From contig JAUPSS010000009.1 of NCBI GenBank assembly GCA_040285825.1, positions 124,001 through 188,000 on the forward strand: a stretch of 64,000 nt of DNA, given 5' to 3'. The notes beneath the pieces were generated by a model, which saw only the letters and a program-made list of their open reading frames with translations, did not search any database and had not been told where the DNA came from. The stretch is from Eukaryota sp. TZLM1-RC. Its lineage: Eukaryota > Protista > Metamonada: BaSk clade. Of this stretch, positions 34,690-46,300 are shown piece after piece. Made by a program: the position numbers and the translations under genes. Position 1 is the first letter of the stretch; each line of letters begins with the position of its first letter.

Positions 34690-35360
34690 ATTTAAGGAAA
34701 ACTGTTTCACTTGTATATATGATCTTTTCTATTCATTTTATGGAAATTCATCAACATTTGTCTATGAAAACTTTGACCTGCTTTCTTCTTCAGGTGTTAA
34801 ACAGGGTGATCCTCTTGGTCCTTTTTCTTCTGCTTGGCAATTCATCCTTTGATTTGCGAACTAAAAGAAAAATTCCCAGAAATAGATATTGTAGCATATA
34901 TGGATGACATCTCTGTCATTGCTGCTATTTCAGTTGTCAAAAAATAGCAACTTTTATTCAACAGCGTTATGAAGACATTGGTCTCTCATTAAGTATCCCC
35001 AAATGCCTGATTATTGGCCATGAACCAATTGATTTTTTCATTAATGATGTCAATGTCCCGTTCATCAATTATGATCAGTCTGGTTTTCGTTTTTTTGGGT
35101 TGTTATCTCGGAAATATTGATGATATCAAAAGCCAACTTTCGTTTCTATTGACTCAATTTGGAAATGAATTAGAATCAAAGAAAATTTAAATGTTTAAAA
35201 ACATTTGAAATTCTTTTTCTAAAATTTGGTTATTCTGGAAAGTTTACTCATATTTTGAGATCAACATCACCATCAATTTCTTTGGAATTTTGTCGTAATT
35301 TTAATGAACAAAGGACGAATTTTTTGGCAAAACTATTAGAAATTGATGCATCTCAATTAC
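34690..35360 (+). mobile_element. Degenerate RLE retrotransposon family 2, RT region (resumes at 36654-37232)
   Basis: SSGVKQGDPLGP, IVAYMDDISV, GLSLSIPKC, many frameshifts. Confidence 0.85.
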
Positions 35361-36653
35361 TTTTTTTTTAAAAAACTGGAATATTTATTGAGATAAAAAT
35401 AACCATCTAGAATTCAATATCCTCCAAACAAGCGTCACTATTACTGAACCTACTCACAGCATTACGTTCATATTCTACACCGATAGCTAAAAGTGCCTTT
35501 GAAATCATTGTAGGGATAGACTTGAAAATGCAAAAAACAATTCTATTTAACCAGAAAGTGGAGTTCATTGTTTTACCAGACCTATTCAGTAACACTTTTT
35601 TAAAATTTTCCAAAAAGTGCAACCCTGAAGGTCCAATATTGCCAAAAAGAGAAATTGCAAACGGCACAAACTGATATTTCACATGTTCCACTCTACCTAA
35701 CTGTGCCAAAGGTTCTTCATATTTTTTTATCTTCTTTTTTTCGGCGTTAGATAACGGCGAATCAGCGGAATACACTAAACGAGCAGCAGAATTTTTGCAA
35801 ACATCAACTGAGACAACATCTACAACATTGAGAACACCATCGATCCCTGGAGCTACTAAATCTGCCCTGCTTTTTACCAAAGGAATCATCAGTTTGATCT
35901 GAAGACAGCTTACGTACTAGTGGCTCAATAAATGCCTCTATATTGAAACTTTTGCACATGGCATATAATTGATCACGAACTGAGTCATGAACAATTGAGC
36001 GATAAGTTATAAAATACTTACAGTTTAAAATATGGGAAAGCGTAACAACACTCTTGCAGCGATAAATTAAATCATTTGGTAATGAACAAGGCCATAGAAA
36101 ACATCTCATTCTCATTGCAGTGGTCCATTGGTGATCATTAAGTAGAAGGCCATAAATGTTGGGAATTTGGGAGATTAGGCAACTTGAACAACTGTCTTCA
36201 AGATCAATCAAAAAGTTTGCAAAAACGGGATTTTTTTCCTTAGCCAAGCTAAGACGTACAATATAATCCAAGTTTTCTAAAACTTTCAAGATTTTTTTCT
36301 GCAATTTTGCAAAAGTCAGTGGTAAGGAGAGCAAGCTTCTTGAAGGAAGTTCCACAATATCAGAGGGGAAACATTGAGCCCAAATATTGGGTGAAAGAGT
36401 TTCAATTTCCTGTTGCAAAGAAATAAGATAAGAGCTGCCACAATTTTCAATGAGATGAATTTTTTCAGGAAAACGATTCAAAAATTCATAAATAAAATTC
36501 TTTCCACCTCCAATAAAGGCAGCTTTACAAAGGTAGCTTGATTTATGAAAATCAACACCACCAAAATTTGTACCACAAAATATGTGGCTTCGTAAGTGAG
36601 ATGCATCAATTTCCAATAATTTTGCTAAAAAATTGGTTCTTTGTTCATTAAAA
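35361..36653 (-). mobile_element. Young RLE family 2 copy inserted antisense into an older copy of the same family
   Basis: T9 tail at 35361 and an 11-bp TSD ATCTCAATTAC (35350-35360, 36654-36664). Confidence 0.9.
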
Positions 36654-37232
36654 ATCTCAATTACGAAACCACATTTTTTGTGGTACAGAATTTGGTGGTG
36701 TTGATTTTCATGAATCAAGCTACCTTTGTAAAGCTGTGTTTATTGGAGGTGGAAAAAATTTTATCTTTGAATTTGTGAATCGCTTTCCAGAAAAAATTGA
36801 TTTCATTGAAAACTGTGGCAGCTCTTATCTTACTTCATTACAACAGGAAATTGAACCAAATATTTGGTCTAAATGTTTTCCCTCTAATATTGTGGAACTT
36901 CCTTCAACAAGTTTGCTCTCCTTACCACTGACTTTTGCAAATTTACAGAAAAAATCTTGAAAGTTTGAGAAAACTTGGATTATCTTGTACGTCTTAGCTT
37001 GGTTAAAGAAGAAAACCCGTTTTTGCAAACTTTTTGATTGATCCTGAAGTCAGTTGCTCAAGTTGCCTAATCTCCCAAATTCCCAAAACTTATGGCCTTT
37101 TACTTAATGATCACCAATGGACCACAACAATGAGAATGTTATGTTGCTTATGGCCATGTTCGTTACCTAATGATTTAATTTGTCGCTGCAAGAGTATGGC
37201 TACGCTTGCCCATATTTTAAACTGCAAATATA
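36654..37232 (+). mobile_element. Continuation of the older RLE family 2 copy
   Basis: FGGVDFH..FIGGGKNFI..WTTTMRM..HILNCKY on the plus strand. Confidence 0.85.
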
Positions 37233-38038
37233 GTAGAGAAGCAACGACCGTATCCTTGCCATTGTAATACAATAATAGTGGAGGTGGAGTCTCTACTCGT
37301 AACCTTGTATGTAGTCGACTTATTTTTGTGTTTGGCTCCATAAGTCCCCTTCCAGAGTTTGAAACCCAGCGTTTCTTCCTCTCTTTGGGGTTTGCTTCCA
37401 TAGAGGAGGGAGCTGCTCAAACAAACAGTATTCTGAAGGTTCGAGGTGAGCCTCCGAATCCTGCATGATTGGTCGGCGAAGTTCCTTATTTTCATCATCC
37501 AATTCCTCTAATACGGATTGTAGTTCTTTATAATCTCGTGAAACTGACGAAGATACAGGACTTGTGGTAACATTTGCATTTTTAGGTGAGGAGAAGGATG
37601 GTCCCGTTTCTGAAACCTTTTTAGGCATTGTTTTGGGCTTGAAAGAGGCGGGAGGTGGTTCCGAGCCTGGTTCCGTTGGTTTATCCTGAGGAGGGGCGGA
37701 GGGTGGTCTCGAGCTTGTGTCCTCATCTACTCTCGTTTGTACTAATCCTTTTGCTGATGTGGAGGTGGGTAAAACTGGAACCTCGAAGGCATCTCTATCA
37801 TACTCCTGCATGTTAGTTGTAAAAGTGTCAGAGCTTTGGCTGAGAGGGCCTGACATAATGATATCCGCTGAAGATATATTCTGGTGAAAAAAACTGTTTG
37901 TTGTATAAGGTATATTTGTCAACCTATGTGGCCAATAATTATTGTTGCCGAAGGTTGGAATGAAGGGTTAGATAAAGGGAATGGGATAAAATTGATTTAT
38001 TTTCATTTTCATACTATAAAAACCTGAGGGCGCCAACA
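37233..38038 (-). mobile_element. Truncated Ty3/gypsy relative: 96-bp LTR (37943-38038) plus gag N-terminus
   Basis: LTR TGTTG...GGCAACA followed by ATAATTATTG, as in the full element. QDKP...EELDDENKELRRP resembles QDKP...ELLDQESKELTGRP. Confidence 0.7.
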
Positions 38039-38231
38039 TCGGTTGTGTTCAGGATAACGAAATTTGGTGTGCAATTTTTTTCAAAACTTAACCAATTTAG
38101 TGACCAACGATGCTGAACCCAGTTGCTCTAATTAAGCCTGAACCTGTTTCGTGGTTTTGGGGAAATGCATAATCATAATTTCGATGCTATGTATTACCAA
38201 TTTATGGGTAAACTAACTCAACCTAAACCTA

Positions 38232-38677
38232 CCTTATATTGGTTAGAATTGATTCAAAAAATAGTGAAAATTTTGGGAATTTTTTTGAAAAATTCCCAAT
38301 ATAAAAATTCCCACTTATTTTTAAACAGTGTTTACACGTGTGCACTTTTTGGTAACACGTGTACAAATTTGAAAGACAAACATTTATAAGCAAAAGTTAA
38401 ATCAAACTACAATCATTCATACTCTGTCTCAATATCAGACAAATCTGATCTGATTTCAATGATATCACCTGCTTCATATTCTAGACAAATGGAGATGTTT
38501 TTAACGACCTTTTCCCATCCTGAACATGTCTAACATTTCAATATAGAGCAATAGTTGATACATTTAGTGTTTCTATAAAATTTTGTTATCTGGAACTTTT
38601 TAAAAAGTTCCCAATATCTTATTTCCCACTTATAAAAATTCCCACTATTTTTTGAACCAATTCTAACCAATATACGG
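38232..38677. mobile_element. Tc1/mariner-pogo-type MITE or deletion derivative
   Basis: 35-bp TIRs CC(T/G)TATATTGGTTAGAATTG(A/G)TTCAAAAAATAGTG flanked by TA at 38230-38231 and 38678-38679. Confidence 0.8.
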
Positions 38678-38899
38678 TATACTGCGTCTTTAAAACTAAT
38701 TAAGACAAAAGAATGGAAAAATGAGGTGAAATGCACATTTAATTCAGGACATGTTTTTGACATTCAGGATTCCAATTGACACTGAAAGATATTGAAATCA
38801 ATAGAACAAACTGAAAACTGTTATGGCGGAGACATTGTCCAAGCAGCATTGGTTTGGAAAACAATAAATACTTGTATTCTGTATTCTATGATGATCTTT

Positions 38900-39253
38900 T
38901 TAACATCTTTGGGGTCTATGTAGTCAAAAGCTTTATACTACTTCCCTGACGAAGACAAATGATGAGTTATTTGTGCTGAGCAACAGAAGAATAAGAACAT
39001 TATAGTTGAAAATGCTGATCTGATCATGAGAAGACAGCGTTTGGCAAATTGATTTTGAGAATGGATTATTATTAGATGTAAGTTCCTCGTTGGAATGAAT
39101 TAAAATGTTAAAAAATGGGATCTAAAAAAAGATGATGTCAAACTAATCCCATGCCAGGGACTGCTACACTGTCAAAACAGTGAATGTGGCGTCTATTGGG
39201 ATAGGGTTGTTAACAGTGCTCTAAACATGTACAGGATTACGTACTCTACGATA
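38900..39253 (+). pseudogene. Fanzor1 family D C-terminal remnant
   Basis: IPCQGLLHCQNSECGVYWDRVVNSALNMYRI matches the Fanzor1 pattern HGLLxCxNxxC...WNRDxNAAxNI (catalytic Asp is Val here). Confidence 0.7.
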
Positions 39254-39326
39254 AGTGAAATTCACAGCAGTTGGGAAGAAGTCTAAATTGTCAATCTTCG
39301 GTCACAACTCTATTCACAACCCTACA

Positions 39327-39956
39327 ATGTTTAAACTTGTACCACTCCTTCTCATATTACCCCTTCTTTGCTTTTCCATACAATTTGAACTCACTGGCTT
39401 TGATGAAAAACAATTCACTGATGATTTCCCCGCAGACACTTACATCGTTGGGTCGATCGGAGCTCCACTAGAGTTTGACCGTGAAGTACCTATAACACAG
39501 GTGGATTTTAGAATCGAAGACCCTCGCGGTATGGTGGTATATGAAAAAGTTGATGTGAAGGGAGTCTCAAAGTGGGCCTTTACTACCTCCCTTCCTGGAG
39601 AGTTCAGATTCATTGTTTCATGCCGTATCACTGTCAATAGTATGCATCTTGGTCCGAGAACGATTATATTTGATTACAAACTGGGTCAAACTGCGGAATC
39701 TCTCTCTGAATTGGCAAAGTCAGAACAACTAAAACCAGTAGAGTTGGAAATGCGTAGAGTTCAAGAGTACCTTCGCACTGTACATACAACTCAACTTTAC
39801 CTACGTGATTTAGGACAGGAAACATCTGTTGCTAATGAAAGCACTAATGCTCGAATTCCTTACTTTACATTGCTGATTATCACTATTATTATTGCTACAT
39901 CTGTTGTTCAAGCTTTTATTCTAAAAAAGGATTTAAAGCGACTTAAAATTGCATAA
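39327..39956 (+). CDS. p24/EMP24 (GOLD domain) cargo receptor
   Basis: Signal peptide, GOLD (IEDPRG..FTTSLPGEFRF), LKPVELEMRR, NESTNARI, TM and basic tail. Confidence 0.9.
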   Translation: MFKLVPLLLILPLLCFSIQFELTGFDEKQFTDDFPADTYIVGSIGAPLEFDREVPITQVDFRIEDPRGMVVYEKVDVKGVSKWAFTTSLPGEFRFIVSCRITVNSMHLGPRTIIFDYKLGQTAESLSELAKSEQLKPVELEMRRVQEYLRTVHTTQLYLRDLGQETSVANESTNARIPYFTLLIITIIIATSVVQAFILKKDLKRLKIA

Positions 39957-40013
39957 ATAAACTGTACCTGATAATAACTACCTTGTTAAACTCAACAATA
40001 ACTTTGCAACACA

Positions 40014-40829
40014 TTAATTAAATACAAGCAATTGTTTAACTAAAAGCTCCAACACCGACCCACTGATGGTTCTCGATTTATCAGTGATAGTAAAGCAGAA
40101 AGAATGTGCATTTGGGCGAGGATCAACATCACCAATCTTAACCCCTGCTTCCACGAAAGTTTTGTCAGAAATCATTCCCCTGATTGTTCCATCACAAGAA
40201 GAGTGGACATCTTGTTCACCTACTGTGGCCACAATCTCGCCAATCACGCAATGATCTCCAATTTTCTTGAGAGGTAGGACCTCCCCAGATACTGGTGCTT
40301 TCAACAACCTCTCAAATGTCCTTGAGCCAATTTCTCCAGGAACACCTGTATTTGGTAATGCAGATCCTTTTTCAATTATCCTTCCTAAATCATGTCCCCT
40401 ACAGGTCTCAATAACATAGTGGCAGTCTGTGCCAGCCACAAAACCAGGACCTAAACCAATAGTCAGAGGTGCAAGGTCCATATTCAAACCATTGTTACCT
40501 TTTTTTGTCATCATAGCATCAACAATAGCTATAGGCTTCAACGTCTCCATCAACTGCGATGTGATAATGGGCTGAACCAGTAATGCAACATTACCGGAAG
40601 AAACAACAGGATGAACATCAGATAAGGAACGAGCTAATTTTGCAGGAACCCCTTCAATGATATGTTTGGCATCACCAGAATATAGGAGTGATGCAAAGGA
40701 AATGGTTGTTCGAACACATAAAGGAGTTGCAATTTCCAAGCAGACAACACGTACCTTGACGTTAAACAAGCGAACAGCTATGGCAGATGCCAGTTCCCCT
40801 GCACCCCGTATTACAACTAGATGTGACAT
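40014..40829 (-). CDS. yqeB: YqeB-family selenium-dependent molybdenum hydroxylase system protein
   Basis: VIRGAGELASAIAVRL, VDAMMTKK, IGLGPGFVAG.DCHYVIETCRGHDLGR, PNTGVPG, G.IRG, KIGDVDPR, TITDKSRTISGSVLE. Confidence 0.88.
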   Translation of the reverse strand: MSHLVVIRGAGELASAIAVRLFNVKVRVVCLEIATPLCVRTTISFASLLYSGDAKHIIEGVPAKLARSLSDVHPVVSSGNVALLVQPIITSQLMETLKPIAIVDAMMTKKGNNGLNMDLAPLTIGLGPGFVAGTDCHYVIETCRGHDLGRIIEKGSALPNTGVPGEIGSRTFERLLKAPVSGEVLPLKKIGDHCVIGEIVATVGEQDVHSSCDGTIRGMISDKTFVEAGVKIGDVDPRPNAHSFCFTITDKSRTISGSVLELLVKQLLVFN

Positions 40830-41652
40830 CAACAAGTGAAAAAATCATTCATTAATTGAATTTCAATTTAACCACATTTTTTGGGTTCGCCTTAAACTCT
40901 TGGCTCGGTAGCCATTAATCCATCTGGTCAGTTCAGCACCTCGGTTCGTTTCATTAATATCAAACCGCTGTTTTTCTCCTCCCTCCTTATACTATTAAAC
41001 TATCTAGCAACCAACAAAGAAAATTTTTATTTAGAATGATCTAAAACACCTAAATATAGGTCATTAACTTGACCAATTACTCTATTTTATCAGGTTAATG
41101 ACAAACATCCTCGAAAATTGAGGTAAAAGGGAAGAGATTTCCGTGTGAATACATATTTCTAAACAAATAGATAGTTGAAACAGGCATTTGGGAAAACGTT
41201 TTCGAACAGAACCTTGATGCCACGTGTAAATTAAGAAAAATGAGTTCGGTCAAACGTTCGAAAGGGTTGCGAATGTCCAGAATTCTAACATTGAATTCAA
41301 ACAATCTTTTCGTTATCTTCATATTCCAAATCCACCACAAATTATTGACTTAAAGTTTATTATAAAGCTATCCGAGAGATAACCCTGTAGAAGACAATAA
41401 TTGAACAACAACTTTAGTAATTGAAAATCAACTCCGTATCGACCAAAGTAAGTGTCCCTGGAAAACTCCACATCATGACGAGCTTATCAAAGTATATGAT
41501 GAGAAAACGTCTCTTTCTCCGAGACAGATATGATTCGTACACAAACGGCTGGTTATCCTTGATGATAGGGAAAAGTCTAGTCAGCTAGCTGATGGTTTGA
41601 GCGATATATAGTGTAATCAAACTATTCTAATTCTTTAAAAATATGACAATGT

Positions 41653-42375
41653 TTATTCTCTGGGATTTCGTTGAGGCCTTATATCGATTCTTGTTGGACA
41701 AGATCTTCCAGACCACTGCAAAAGATTCTGTATTAAGCAAGCAATGTCACTTGGATCAATTGCTTTTGAAACATCCAGATTTGTTCTGGAGCTGATCATG
41801 GGAGTGTCTACGTACCCGGGCAGTATCGATGTAACCTTAACACCTTCATTCCTGAGATCCTCAAAGATTGATTCTAAGAAACCCTGGAGTCCATGTTTGC
41901 TTGCACAATAAGCAAATGTTTTGGGATGAGTATGTACCCCCGATTGGGAGGATATTGCAAAGATATGTCTCTGCGATTCAGACGCTAAAAGCAAAGGTAC
42001 AGCCAATTTGGTGAGTCTCATAACTGAAAGAAGATTGACATTCATTACGTGTTCCACCTCATCCATGTCACATTCTGGAGAGAGAATATCTGAATTCATA
42101 CTGACACCAGCATTGTGGACGAGAACATTAAGTCGACCTGATTGAGAGCGAACAATGTTAACTGCACGAGATATATCATCTGCACTGCTGAGATCAACGA
42201 TTACTACATGTACTGAAACATTGGGGTTAGCTGCTATACACATGTTCTTTGTCTCTTTTAGACGTTCTTCATTTCTAGCCAACAAATAGATAGTAGCAGA
42301 TTGAGGGGCAAGCCCAATAGCGATAGAGCGTCCTATTCCTGAAGAAGCACCAGTAACTAAACATACAAGATCCAT
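41653..42375 (-). CDS. Classical short-chain dehydrogenase/reductase
   Basis: TGASSGIG, HNAG, YCASK, PGYVDT. Confidence 0.93.
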   Translation of the reverse strand: MDLVCLVTGASSGIGRSIAIGLAPQSATIYLLARNEERLKETKNMCIAANPNVSVHVVIVDLSSADDISRAVNIVRSQSGRLNVLVHNAGVSMNSDILSPECDMDEVEHVMNVNLLSVMRLTKLAVPLLLASESQRHIFAISSQSGVHTHPKTFAYCASKHGLQGFLESIFEDLRNEGVKVTSILPGYVDTPMISSRTNLDVSKAIDPSDIACLIQNLLQWSGRSCPTRIDIRPQRNPRE

Positions 42376-43335
42376 TGTACACTGTAAACACACTAAATAC
42401 AATAATAAGATTCACTTTTATTCATAGCGTCAGATTAAGTAATTTTAGTAATCTAATTTAAAAGTTTTAGTCAATCCAGTAATCTAAAGCTATACTTTTG
42501 ACTATGCTTTTGTGATGTGAAAATCACACCTTTGAAATTCAAAATTAATAAATTTCAAAGCACAATAAAGAAAGCCAATATTTCTAGTGTACAATTAATC
42601 ACTTTTTTCAAGCAACTGTTTTAGTTAAATTATACATCACCATAGTGCAAGTCATGACAAAGCAGTCACACCCATAAAGAATATAAAACTACGTAATTTC
42701 ATTATGGTGTGTTAGAGGTTTTTCTCAACAAATTCGGAATTTTTTTAGCAATTTTTCGTAGTAATTCTAGAGGGATCAGCAGTAACCAACATAATTACTC
42801 AATTTGCAGTAGCCCCCGGTCAATACTGAAACACTGTAATCCAAAGTTGAGATAAAACCTCTGTGCTTGATTGTGTGATAATTTTTAATGATGATCTTGT
42901 ACACTGCTGTAATTAATTGGTCTTCAAAAAATCTATACACTGCTTCCCGCTGTAAAAGTTATGATGTTGAAAAGTGGTTTATCCTAACTTGTTCTTGTTC
43001 CATAGTTGAGATGGTAATCGTCCAGCAACCAACCAGTTCTCAGTTCTTGAAGTTACTAGGAAGCATGTTAGGAACAACACACCGCTCAAACTTTAATTCT
43101 AAAACGGTGTTATCTGCAACGGTATGTAAGAAATACTGAGAATTATCACAACAAGAAGTGGATTAAAACAATTAAAGAAGGAAAAAAATTTTATTTACAA
43201 GGCTGGAAGTTGAAACTTGGAATGGTTCTACAAAAACCAAGTTTATTCGATTCTCCCAAAACAAAGACGTTCATTAGATGAAAATAAAATGATCGTCGAT
43301 CCAATCCAATTATTGAAATTGAAATTAAGATTGAA

Positions 43336-46300
43336 TCAACTTCCGCGAGTGAAAAGTCTAATCAAACTGGCCCAGATAGTGAAAATCATCGAAAAGGCAC
43401 CAGCAATAACAGAATCCGCTCCACTCTTGCCCTTACCAAGCAATTCCAAGACATCATCCACGTCAGAAATCATAGTCCTGAACCTTCCAAGTAGGGAAAA
43501 ACTCTTGATTAGGTTCAAAACATGGGTACTGTTAGGGGAGTAATGAAGACCCGCTTGGACTGGAATATTAGAAAAAGCTTCAAACGGCTTGAAGTAGATA
43601 TGATAGTGATAAATGCCAAAACTGTTGATTAATTGAGAAAAAGAGCGTTCAGAGAAGACCTTTACCATTCCTCTAGCCACATTACGTCTTGGAATCCAGG
43701 AAAAATCCAATACTACCGAAGAAACCTTTAAATGCGAAATCAGCAACGGGTTAGATGAAGACGGAGATCCAGAAGATCCAGAAGACATGCTAATTGACCT
43801 ATAAAATGAAAGAAAGAACTCAACAACATCACTGTTTACTTTCAGAGTCATACATGCCATATTCACGCTTAGAGAGAGCTGTTTTTGCTCAAAAAGCGAC
43901 AGAACAACTTCAGTACTTAGAGCAACATCTTCGGCAGGAGAAACCAAATTGAAAATTTCAACAGCTGAACCTGAAATTTTTGACTGAGCTGCAATTGATT
44001 TGCACTGAAAAAGGGTTTGAATACTTGAAGTTTTTGTGGGTGCTAGAGGTATCAATGCTCGAAATTGAGGAGAAGTCACAGTCAGAATTATGTAATCATC
44101 AAACGAAAAAGATTGGTTGCCGAAAAAGGGAATTCCTTTTATCAGAGAGCACAAGGGAGGAACCTCGGGTCCACAGCAACCCCTAATGCAAATTGAAATA
44201 GAATGAACCTTGATATTGACTGCCAGGCAATTTTCTGTTAGTTTGTAAATTTTCGACTGATGATCCCTTCTCGATCTTAGTAAATAGCAATCGTCAATCA
44301 AATTTGATAGCTGAGAATGATCGGCAGAAAGAGCTAATGTATAATCAGAATTAGAAAGTCTTGAAGATTCCTGGCGAATTAGATCAGGAATATCTTGTAT
44401 AAGCGACCTTAAAGATTGATCCGGAACAGACTTGCTATCATTAAAGAAGGGGGTATTGTTGAAAGGCTCAATAATTGGTGGGTCAAAAATTTCATCATCT
44501 GATGTCGAATTTGACCCTTTGCTACCGATTTGGGAAACTATTTTGTCAATCAAATTGATAGATTCCGCAGATGAGTCTATATAGACCTGAGAAGTTGACT
44601 CTAAAGACTTGACCATCCATCCATGATTGAGAGCCAAAAAGGAAAGTTCCATTCCTGACAACGAACAGACAATTTTGAACGAATCATCCACCAGTTTAGC
44701 AAGAACATTGGATTCATCATTAGGAGGGCTTTCAGAGCAATCATAGGTCAAAAAATCACATGATTTCAACAAAATTCCCAAAGAGGAAAGAATAGCATTG
44801 ACTGTAACTAATTCCACATCATCATTGTGAGAAAGGTTCAAAATGAAACGTGATCCTTCAATCAAAAAAGATAGACAACATTTATCTGAACCGATGGTGG
44901 CATTTTGACAGGCGTAGCAGTCAACAATGATTACATCAAGGTCAATATTAGCAGGAGGCACGTCAGCAACTGTTAATTCTGGTCCATCCATGGTGAACCA
45001 CTGAAGGGGTCCTTGGTTATGGAAAAGGGAGTCCAAAAGAGTGGAGAATTGAGATAATTCAGGTGGTACTATACTGAGATTAGACAAACGCAATCTAATT
45101 TGATTGGAATCAGAAACGGAAATAGTGCAAAATGGCTGAAATGTGCTTGATTGATCAGAAAAGGACTCGATTATTTTAAACACCTCTGCAAAACATGGTC
45201 CATCATTTTCAATCAAAGGTGACGAGGTGTTTTGACCTGATAACGTTGGTTTCCGGGGCGAGCTTGGTGGAGAGACAAACTGATCCAAGTCCGAAATCTC
45301 TGAGCACATGGATGCACAGGAAGAAGATGGTGAAGAAGGTTCAAAGAGATCAAATCTAGCTGAGGAAAAAACTTGACAATTCTGAATTATGCCAAACAAA
45401 TTAACAAATGTTGATTGGCAAACTTTTAAATCAATTGGATAAAGATTAACTAATAAATAAGAGTAAAAATGTCCAATTTTGAACTTGAAACTGCTGATAT
45501 TAATAGAAATCAGAGTGTTTAACGACGTGTTTTGTTCAATGTTCTGACCTTCAGAAGAATTTGATTGACTAATTGATTGAATAATCTCTTGGTAATATTT
45601 CCATGAAAATTTCAATGGAATGACAAGATCAACAGTTAAAACAGCATTAATTAAGTGTAGAAATTTCGAAAAAGCGCTACCATTAAATTGATTAATACTA
45701 ATTTCCATATCTTTGCAATAAATTTCGATCTTTAAATTGTTGTTATTCTTAAAAAAATCTTGCTGCAGCATGATTCCATGTAAATCTGTCTCAAATTGTG
45801 CTTTTGGAGGAGCTGAATCAAAATTTTGAGCAGTTACAGGTCCCTCCTTCGAAAAGATCTTGTCAGGAGGAAATTTTGGAGGAAGGATTCCTTGTGATCC
45901 CTTTTCGTTGGTTGTTTCAATAATGATATTCAGAGGTAATTTGGAAAAAAAAAGAGTCGCATCACACATAGAATTTTCAAGAGACAGGCCAATTGACAAG
46001 TCAAGATCAATAGAGCTCATCAAAATTTCGCTTTTTGCTAATAAATTTTCAATCAATACAAGGGCATTTCTATTTAAAGAATTAGGAGAACTTAAAAAAA
46101 TAGAAATCTGGTTTACACATATTTCGAATTTTTTAAATTTTGAACTCTCAATTGACTCTTGGTAGTGTTGACCTTCCTTGACTTTTGATTGATTATTGAC
46201 CCAGTTAAATAAACGTGATCTTAGGGCATAATCAAAAAGGCTTTGTATTAAGTTGGAATAAACCTGAAAAGAGCGAAGAATTTCAACTGTCAGAAAAGTC

